Of a stretch of 30,593 nucleotides of DNA, positions 22,611-30,593 are shown in pieces. Both the position numbers and the translations under genes were made by a program. Source of the DNA: Vermamoeba vermiformis. Its lineage: Eukaryota. Numbering within the stretch: the first letter of the stretch is position 1; each line of letters opens with the position of its first letter. The stretch spans positions 62,001 to 92,593 of the forward strand of contig JBEWZL010000301.1 of the NCBI GenBank assembly GCA_045837725.1, read 5' to 3'. The notes beneath the pieces are model-generated. The model searched no databases, was not told the origin of the DNA, and saw nothing but the letters and a program-made list of their open reading frames with translations.

Positions 22611-22931
22611 AATGATTCGTGGACGTCTTTGTTGTTGATCAAAACTTAAAGAGAATAAAATTGCGCCTTTTCATTTTATTTCAATCTAACCTGCCATCAA
22701 CATATAATCACCTTCAAACGATCATATAAAATAGAAAAAGATTTACCCAGAGCTAGGATCCGCTGAATTGACGAGAAATGCAGATTATCAAAAGGTAATC
22801 CAGCTGCCAATTAATTTTTTAATTGCCAAATAATCGAAAATAATTATTGTTGTCCGGATTCAAATCCCGCCAAAAATAATTTATAAATAGTTCCCACCCC
22901 GTAAATAATATGAATTTTATAAATTATTTTA

Positions 22932-24963
22932 GAGTGAGTCTCCGATTTTGTCCCAAACCCCCAATTTTGTCCCAAACGATTTTGGACTAAAATTTAACAA
23001 TAATTTATTTTAATACTTATTTAATGGAGTGATTTCAATACAAATAGATAAATAATAAGTGAATACTTGAATTACAGTTGATTTAATCGTGCAATTCGCC
23101 TTCATCACTGGCCAGATCGGATCTTTCTTCGCTTCGATCAGATCCGCATTCAGCAGCATGCTCATCATGAATATCGCGTTTTTGACACTTCTTGCATACT
23201 TGATAGCTATTACATGAGGTGCAGACCCAAAATTTGTGCTTCTTGGTATATATACGACGGCAAGGTGAGCACGTCCTACTAATCACATCACTCTGTTTGT
23301 CAAGTTTGCGTCGCTTGACGAGCTCTTGTCGCTCTTCTTTCTCCTCTTCTCTCTTTCTCTTCTTGTCCTCTCTTTCTTTCTTCGCAAGTTCTTTAGCCTC
23401 CTTCTCTTTCAGTGCTTTTTCCTCCTTCTCACGGGCATAGATCACCAACTGCTGGCCAGTCACCAATTTATTCCGCTCATTGGCACGTACTCGCTTGATA
23501 GGAGTCTTGGTTTGATTAGGTATCAAGGCCTCCTTAAGTATCAGTGCCATAGCTTTAACTTCTTCATCTTCACTGGTGTGCAGTTGAGGTTTTGTGTCGA
23601 ACATGTACATGTTCTGAAATTTCTTGCTGATAAGTGCACTATCGAATGGCCAAATGCCTGTATGTCGAAATCCTGCCTTAATGACCTCTTTATCAAATAT
23701 ATTGGACTTCTCCTCCGTGATAATGTCTTCAATAACAGAGTGCAGGGTCTCTCCAGTGAGGAGCCGTCGCATTCTTTCAAGGTCTCTCTTGACACGCATC
23801 TTGCGTTTGAACGAGCCAAAAATCACGTCGTCAAGAGGTTGAAGCAAATGAGTTGTATGTGCTGGTAGGTACAGGGGCTGTATATCAGAATCTAATAGCA
23901 AGTTGATGCTGGTCAACTCCAGGTGGGTGGAGTGGCGGTCAAGAAGTAAAAGAGCTGGTTGTCCTTGCTTGAACGCTGAAAGTCGCTCCACGAGTCGCGC
24001 TATTATTTGCTTCCACAACTCATTTGTAATAAAGCCATTAGCTGTTGTGGCATAATAAGTTGGTATAGTGCTGCGAGTATATCTCAGCTCTGTAGTGACG
24101 GGAATCGAATTCTTCTTTTCGTTGCCATTTTGTGACATGTCCTTGTAGATGAGCACTATCATCCAAACACGACCAGATGCTGCAACGAATGGAAGTATAG
24201 TGCGTAGATGACTCTTGGGAGTACTCAATCTACCCTGCTTTTTCGAATTTGCACTCGTTAGAATCTTCGAACTTTCTCCGTCAGTAAATTTACAGGGAGA
24301 TTCGTCAGTGTTGATGATGAAGTCATCCGTGTAACTTTTCTCTTCTAGTAGCCTCTTGTATTCTTTCACAAATGACTCAATAATATCAATAGTGACAGAA
24401 TTGACACGTCCCATGTCGAGGTCTTTACCAAACGCGTGAGAGATGTGATCTGAATTGCGGATCAGAAAATTGCTAAACCAGTGATTGCCTCGCCAGTCTT
24501 CAGGGAGCTCAAATATCTTACGTACAAAACTAATGAATACACTTCTCGACAGAGCTATTCTGCTTGCTGAAAAAGCTAAAATGATGCTGCATAGTCTTTT
24601 TTCTTGCTGATCGGTGAGCATCTGATTTCCATGTTTCTTCTCTTTATTCTTTTGAGCCCGCTGGTAGGCTTTGCGAAGTGTTTCGAATTTATTGGGACTA
24701 TTCCGCGTCAAATCGCGAATAATTTCGCTAATTGTCTCGCCGTTTTCTGAAATCCGTTGATTGATCTCATGAATTTCGTTTTCATACTTCGCCATTACTG
24801 GTCAGAAAAATTATAAATAAAATCAATACTATTGAACAACAAGCTGTCGTGTTCGTGTGCGAAGCAACTTATTGAATGCCGTTGGTAAAATAATTTGCGA
24901 AATTACGCAAAAAAATCGGTTGGGACAAAATCAGGGGTTTGGGACAAAATCGGCGACTCACTC
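22932..24963 (-). mobile_element. pogo/Fot1-like (Tc1/mariner superfamily) DNA transposon, 2032 bp, 53-bp TIRs, 3-bp TTA duplication
   Basis: TIRs 22932-22984 and 24911-24963 (GAGTGAGTCkCCGATTTTGTCCCAAACCCC..ATTTTGTCCCAAmCGATTTTT, 49/53 identical). TTA at 22929-22931 and at 24964-24966. Single transposase ORF inside. Confidence 0.92.
23083..24795 (-). CDS. DDE_1 family (pogo-type, DD35D) transposase with CENP-B-like HTH region, Lys/Glu coiled coil and C-terminal Cys-rich zinc finger; 570 aa, intronless
   Basis: LTDQQEKRL...GNHWFSNFLIRN (HTH); IINTDESP; LLLLDRHSTH followed 35 residues later by LPAHTTHLLQPLD; CSPC...WVCTSCNSYQVCKKC...H...C. Confidence 0.93.
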   Translation of the reverse strand: MAKYENEIHEINQRISENGETISEIIRDLTRNSPNKFETLRKAYQRAQKNKEKKHGNQMLTDQQEKRLCSIILAFSASRIALSRSVFISFVRKIFELPEDWRGNHWFSNFLIRNSDHISHAFGKDLDMGRVNSVTIDIIESFVKEYKRLLEEKSYTDDFIINTDESPCKFTDGESSKILTSANSKKQGRLSTPKSHLRTILPFVAASGRVWMIVLIYKDMSQNGNEKKNSIPVTTELRYTRSTIPTYYATTANGFITNELWKQIIARLVERLSAFKQGQPALLLLDRHSTHLELTSINLLLDSDIQPLYLPAHTTHLLQPLDDVIFGSFKRKMRVKRDLERMRRLLTGETLHSVIEDIITEEKSNIFDKEVIKAGFRHTGIWPFDSALISKKFQNMYMFDTKPQLHTSEDEEVKAMALILKEALIPNQTKTPIKRVRANERNKLVTGQQLVIYAREKEEKALKEKEAKELAKKEREDKKRKREEEKEERQELVKRRKLDKQSDVISRTCSPCRRIYTKKHKFWVCTSCNSYQVCKKCQKRDIHDEHAAECGSDRSEERSDLASDEGELHD

Positions 24964-26038
24964 TTAATTAAAATTCAAAATTTGAATTATTGTTCACGGG
25001 ACGTTCGTTACCCGGGTGGGTCGAGCGTGGCCTGCGTGCGAAAACAGCAATATACAATAATATATGTTTCAGAGACTTATTTTATTACTTAATTACGGTT
25101 ACACTATTCAAACACACAGAACTCGTTTGGCTTGACTACTCTTAGCAGCATGGAGCAAGGCAGTGACGGAAGTGTTTGGGCTTACCTTCGCAGTGTAGGC
25201 GGCTTCCGTGGCACTCAGGACTTTGACAACTCGAAAAAAACAAAAAAAGATTCGTGACACATCTTAGCTCACCTTCCAAATGCGGTCAAAATGACAAAAT
25301 ATCTCGGAAATTCTTGTCGGAAAACTGGAATGACCAATCATTTGGAAGGATTGAGCTTTGTTTACGTCACGCAATTTTTTCATTTGTCAAAGTCCAAGTG
25401 CCACGAAACCACGAACGCACGCTGTCGGAGGTAAGTTTAAAACTTGTTGCTGCATTGCTGCCTTGGTAAAGCGCTAAGAGTGTTCAAGCCATTTGTCGGA
25501 TCCGTTTGTATGTGTTTGTACATGTAACCCGTAATAAACTACTGTGGCTTATCAAATATTGTGTAATTTATCTATTCGCTTGCACGTACGCTCGGTGCCG
25601 GCCGCAACGCACGTTATTATTATTGAAATTATGAATTTTTAAAATAATTAAAATTCTAAACAAAATTTAAACTATTTACGGGGTTCGAACTTAATATAAA
25701 TTATTTTTGGCGGGATTTGAATCCGGACAACAATAATTACATTGATAATAACATTCCATTTTTAAAAATAATTAAAATATTTATTTACGCAAATATTAGG
25801 CAGGAGCGAGCCATTTTATTGTACCTGCGCGCTACTTACATAATAAATGGTAGGTAGCTATAATATGGTGGTGTAAACGAGTATGACGCGCTGAGTCCGC
25901 ATTCCAGTGTTGCCTAACTGATCCTTAGAAACTCTGTCCTCTTCGGTACGTCTTGCGTCAATTGCTTCCATTAATGCAATAAGTTAATCAAATATTGCAA
26001 CATTTTTTATACGACGGTCCATGTTGCGTTTTTGTTGA

Positions 26039-29000
26039 TAGTCGTTTGACTTCTGGGTAAGGTAAATTTTACCTCCTTTTTTATTTACCTACCTGAAAAG
26101 TCGGTAGGTAACCAAAACCGGGTTATATTTACCAAGGTAAATTGGTAAATTACCAGCGAGGGTCCGGCCTTCCTCTTCGCCCAGACTTAGTCAATGAACT
26201 CGATCCACCATAACAAATGCAGTAGGGCTCAAATCAACACACAGCATTTAAATATTCAATATTGTATATCAATTACAGGCAGGTATAGCCTTGGCGAAGG
26301 TACGTTTCTTCCGAGATTCGCATCCAATTCGCTGAGACTAAATTTTCTGCACGCTAGGTACTTGCAAAAAATTAGAAAAAATAGAGCCACGTGCGTTATT
26401 ACACACCACGTGATGCCCAGCTTTTCTGCGAAGATTAATGGCTGTTCAATTTCACGGTAGCGTCTCGATCAGCAATGGCAGAGAAAGGAGTATGGCAATA
26501 TCGGATAATATGATATTAATTAATTACTAACTTAATCTGCAGACTTCAACAAACAAGCGCAAGCTAAACGAACAAGATCAGATGGTAGATTTGTTCCTGG
26601 CAGTCGCCGAAAAGACGGCATATTCTGCAGACGAGATTGAAAAAACGAGAGTCGCGTTGTTTGAAACACTGAAACTGGGTTCTCGAGAATCAATACTAGT
26701 TCTAGAACAAAGCCCACTGTTAGGTCAGATGCGAGGCGAGCTTGTAATAGGCTTAGTTTTTGCATTCCTAAGTGCACTGGTAATGATAATATTATTTTGT
26801 ATTCTCTCTTCTAATTTGATGACTTTTTAGAAGAAATTTGAGCCGGATGGCACGGATGTTGAGCCGCCAACGAAGCGAGCCAAACTAGGGCAGCGCAAAG
26901 ACAATGCCAAAACACCAGAAGCACTCGCTGACAAAATAATAGACAAGTTCCCGTTTCCAAACATGCTTGACGAAACACTGCCCAACAGAAAAGACGATTT
27001 TACAGTAATAACTCTCGAATCGGTGCACTGCAACATCTGCAACAAAACGCTGAAGCTGAACTTTGTTGGTAAGCTAAAATTTCGTCATTGCCGCGTCTCC
27101 TAACCTGTACCAGCTTGTCCGGCGAAGTTTTATCGACACTTGTGCGGTGATAAGCCAGGTACTATAACAAGTCATATTCGAGCCTTGCAAGACCAAAAGT
27201 ATGTTAATTTTAACGCACAGAAACAAAACTAATTTGGGTTAGGCAAGATGTAAAGCGTCGCCAAAGTTTTGGTCACCAGGCTGAGATCCTTCGTTCAAAA
27301 CTCAGCCAGACGGAAGGAAAGGTTATGTGCTTCTGTGGTGAATCTGCCATCGAAATGAATGTCGCTGGCAAGGTTTACTATGTTTGTGCTAGAACACAGG
27401 TGACAGGTGCACGCGACTATTGCACCCTGAAAAAAGTCAAGAAATTAGCCGAGCTTGCAGTAGATGAAGGGTTAGTCAACAATGAAAATATTGTAGTTAG
27501 TTAATAGTTAATAAATAATATAGGCGTAAGCTGCGTATGGTTAATTTGCGCAAAAAAAGTCTATCTTGCCAGATCAGTGCACGACCCCAGGGGCTTTCGA
27601 CCAAGGGCTTGCCTTGGCGACCTTCTTTGCGAATCAGGTTACTACAAAATTATGTAAAAGCTCTGGCAAAACACTACACTGCAGCTCCCAGTATTTGCAA
27701 AGATCGTGCACCAATTGGTTCGTAACCAAACGGCCTTTGTATCGTGCTCCTCTTACTGATTGTTCTCAATTACTAGTGTCAATTGAGGCACATGTACTTC
27801 ATATGGTCAAGCTACTAATTAAGACAAGAGAAATGGACAATAAGACGTGGCACTTTATCGACACAGTTCTGAATCATTTTCGTGGCCAACATGGGAAGAG
27901 GTAACAATATTTTCTCAATATTTTATTTAAAATAATCAATTGTATTAGATATCATCATTCATCTTTGGCACTGGGAAAAAAAATCAAAATGCAGGGCGGA
28001 TCGAGATCCCTGAAACTTCTTCCTTTGCCAAGCAAAACCACAATAAGTCAGTCAAAGCATGTATATTTAAGAGAGTATGGGATTTCTTCGTCATTGATTG
28101 ACCTGGTATGCCCTTGAAATGATTTTTGGTGACCCGTTAACTTACAATTGCCAATCCTAGGCCAAGCGCTACTTTGACATGCACAACATATCCTCGTCAA
28201 GCTTTTTAATATGCTTAGACGGCATTTATGTGCCAGAAGATGACAATATATGCTTCTCATCAAGAACACGTCATGGTTTTGTTGTACCGGTAAGGTTTGT
28301 ACTCGTAACAGCTCGTAACTGATAGTCATTCATGAAGGATTACACAACAGTTCTTAAAATCCGGTCATATACAGAGGTTGAAAAGCCCTTTGTACAAGAT
28401 TGGAAATATGCACGTCAAGTTGTTGTCGTTCTGCTCTGCCCGCTCATTCCTGGCTATCATGCCTTTCCCATTGGCCTTGTACCAACAGAGGTTACCTACG
28501 ATACAAAGTTAACAAAGAACTTATTTGAACAAGCAGTGTCTGAAGTACAGAAACGCTCTTTCGAAGTTTTCGCAATTTCGGCTGACAACGCTCCTGGACA
28601 TGCTGCCTACTTTGGTGATCAAGTCAGTTCACAACCATTTATTATTGCTGATTGGCCTTATGGTGCTCCTGCTACTCATCCTATCCCCCTTGTTGATTAT
28701 CTCCACGTTGGAAGGAAAATTTGCAACCAAGTTATCAACCCAAAACGAATAATCATGATCGGTGAAGTTCCAGTCATCATTCAGCCCCTACTAGACTTGC
28801 AACGAGTAATAGAAGGCTTTAATGTTCGAATTATGAAGCACCAAGATGCTCAGTATCATCAAAGGGTTGATTTCTTATTGGGCAATTCGGACGTGTGTAA
28901 CTACTCTCACTTTTGGATCTCACTAACATATTATTTACAGTTACACTCCAAGCTAGGTGATATCCAATTAGCGGAAGGCCTTTCTGTATACTTGCGAATG

Positions 29001-30593
29001 ATGCAGTACTTCTATTTTGCATTTGCTAGCAAAACGTGGTCATGGAAGCAACGGATCTTCGCTGCTTGGCAATCTGTCTGTTTCCTAGTGTATACCCGCC
29101 AATTTGTAGTCGAGCATCACGAATACAACTTAGGAGAGAATCACATTACCACACCAACTTATACAGCAATATTACTGACAGTTTCGTCCTTGATTTCATG
29201 TTGTCAGCGTTGGGTGCAACCAGTCGCTCCATGGTTATTGGTATGAACCTAGCACTTGTTACACGGAATTCTAATATAATATTTAGTATGAATATTGGTG
29301 CGAAAATTTCTTTTCAAGTGTACGTTCGTGGATCGTTAACAAATCATCTGTTACGGTAACCGAGATCTGGCACATTGTGAATGAAATTATTGAGTAAGTA
29401 CTAAATCTTTATTATCGTAGCTAACAAAAACTGCACAGCTCCAGATTGATTGAAACCCCTGTAAAGTCACAAACCTCTGCCCTCCCAGCGGATCGATTGT
29501 CATCGTCGGAAATTGCTGCCGTTCTGGCTGGTGCTGACTTTGAAGTACGACAAGTACTAGGTCAAGAGTCATTTGCAATGACTGACATATTATCGAAATA
29601 TCATGGAGTAGTTGCTTGTTTAAAGAAGGAGGCATCGATCGATGGATCTGTACTCGCCAGTAATCAAATACCCACCAGTACGTTAACTTTATGAGTTGTT
29701 AAGTTAATAACCGTTGTTATTGAAGGGATTGATATTACTTTAGATATTCCTGCAGCAGTTAAGTCATCAGAAAAACGATCGCGGCATGGTGCGTCCTAAA
29801 TCTGCCGAAAGACTTTACTAATTTGTTTCAGTGTTCGTTCCGATTAACCCAGAGGAAAAACTGCGACATTTACAGCGTTTTAATCAAGAAAGTGGTGACT
29901 GGATACAGTTTTCAAAGTTGCTGAAATTATTTGGGGCGGCAAAACGTAACAACCAAACTTTTAGCCGAGATCGGGAGCGAAGACCAGTTATAAACCGCGC
30001 AACGATCCCCATATACACTGATGATAGGCCAAAATTCGCCATAAACAAAAAATATGTATTTATCAACGTTAACGACGAAGATCCAACAACCTACTACGGC
30101 ACAATTGCACAAATTGTAACTACGGTGAATAACTCCCCTATGTAAGTCAAATATTTTAATAGCTATTAGTATATACTAACCGACACCATAGTGTTGTTCC
30201 CGAGGCACCGATCGAGGAAATAAAATACTTGATCGCGAGAGCAGAATTAGTAGATGAAGAACTTACTGCCAGCTATCCGGCCAAATATTTTCTAATTACA
30301 TCTTTAAATGACTGGGAAATATTGTATTTAAGTGAGGCATTGGAGAAAGCTCGACAGATTCGGCTTTCGAAGGCAATCCAGGACTTGTCAACAAAATAAA
30401 ACCTTTTAATGTTCGTATCTTAGAAGCGTGGCATATGTAATTGCATTATAGTCAACTTTACATCATAGATTGGTATTTCGAGGTAAATTTACCTTAACCT
30501 ACGGAAAAGGTAAATTGTCCGTTTCCTACCCGAAAAGTCGGTAGGAAAAAAAATACCAGGTAAAATTTACCTTACCCGGGAGTCGAACGACTA
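26039..30593 (+). mobile_element. P-element-superfamily-like DNA transposon; right end reaches the window edge
   Basis: TAGTCGTTTGACTTCTGGGTAAGGTAAATTTTACCT (from 26039) matches the reverse complement of the last 36 nt, TAGTCGTTCGACTCCCGGGTAAGGTAAATTTTACCT (33/36). Both ends have several GGTAAATT(T)ACC-type subterminal motifs. The TSD is not visible because the window ends. Confidence 0.85.
26475..30399 (+). CDS. P-element-like transposase, more than 10 exons, with N-terminal C2H2-like and GRF-like zinc fingers; appears intact
   Basis: Spliced frame MAEKG|TSTNKRK...HCNICNKTLKL...YRHLCG...SH; MCFCGESA...YYVCART...DYC; RYHHSSLALG...LPLPSKTTI; LICLDGIYV (Asp 28218); FAISADNAPGH (Asp 28584); LVDYLHVGRKICNQ (DxxH 28695); HQDAQ; YWCENFFSSVRS (Glu 29302); stop 30397-30399. 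Confidence 0.8.

Larger units (their letters stand above)
22841..25739. mobile_element. Non-coding foldback/MITE-like element (~864 bp without the nested insert), palindromic over its whole length
   Basis: The outer 45 bp TAATTATTGTTGTCCGGATTCAAATCCCGCCAAAAATAATTTATA (22841-22885) is the exact reverse complement of 25695-25739. Inverted similarity continues, diverged, to a centre near 25290-25330 (e.g. TTGTCAAAGTCC..GTGCCACG and CCTTCCAAATG in both arms). Confidence 0.8.

Noticed and set aside
23219-23868. Plus-strand ORFs 23219-23440, 23326-23868 and 23624-23842
   Set aside because: Antisense shadows of the Lys/Glu-rich pogo transposase, with no independent motifs.
22928-24967. Sola3 or piggyBac assignment from GAG...CTC ends and a TTAA-like flank
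   Set aside because: The left flank is TTTA, not TTAA, and the encoded protein has clear DDE_1/pogo motifs.
25860-25976. Short minus-strand ORF (MEAIDARRTEEDRVSKDQLG...) between the foldback and P-like elements
   Set aside because: About 37 codons with no recognisable motif; it may be a disrupted gene remnant but cannot be supported.
1-30593. Prokaryotic features (operon, CRISPR array, rRNA, tRNA)
   Set aside because: Genes are interrupted by spliceosomal introns, and no repeat-spacer array or structural RNA gene was recognised by eye.

Overview
Compact, intron-rich eukaryotic DNA with short AT-rich GT-AG introns and CTAAY branch sites, probably from a unicellular eukaryote; the taxon cannot be fixed from the sequence. 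The left part (1-14.3 kb) holds ordinary spliced genes: a PAS-containing hybrid histidine kinase, a tail-anchored C2 protein, a secreted clan GH-A glycoside hydrolase, a ubiquitin-like/LRR protein followed by a His-Cys-box nuclease segment, and a membrane F-box protein. The right part is mostly DNA transposons around one host amidohydrolase gene. The main finding is a putative 6.75-kb element (14369-21121) bounded by imperfect 31-bp inverted repeats and a 4-bp AATG duplication. It carries three intact spliced genes: a TET/JBP-like 2OG-Fe(II) dioxygenase with a basic nuclear-type tail, an unknown basic protein, and a ~1025-aa fusion of a USP-like cysteine peptidase to a Sola-type DDD transposase. 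It looks like a transposon carrying chromatin-modifying, possibly anti-silencing, cargo. Further right are a pogo/Fot1-like DD35D element nested in a ~0.86-kb diverged palindromic foldback element, and an intact multi-exon P-element-like transposon running to the window end. All gene models, motif calls and counts were made by eye; no database searches were run.
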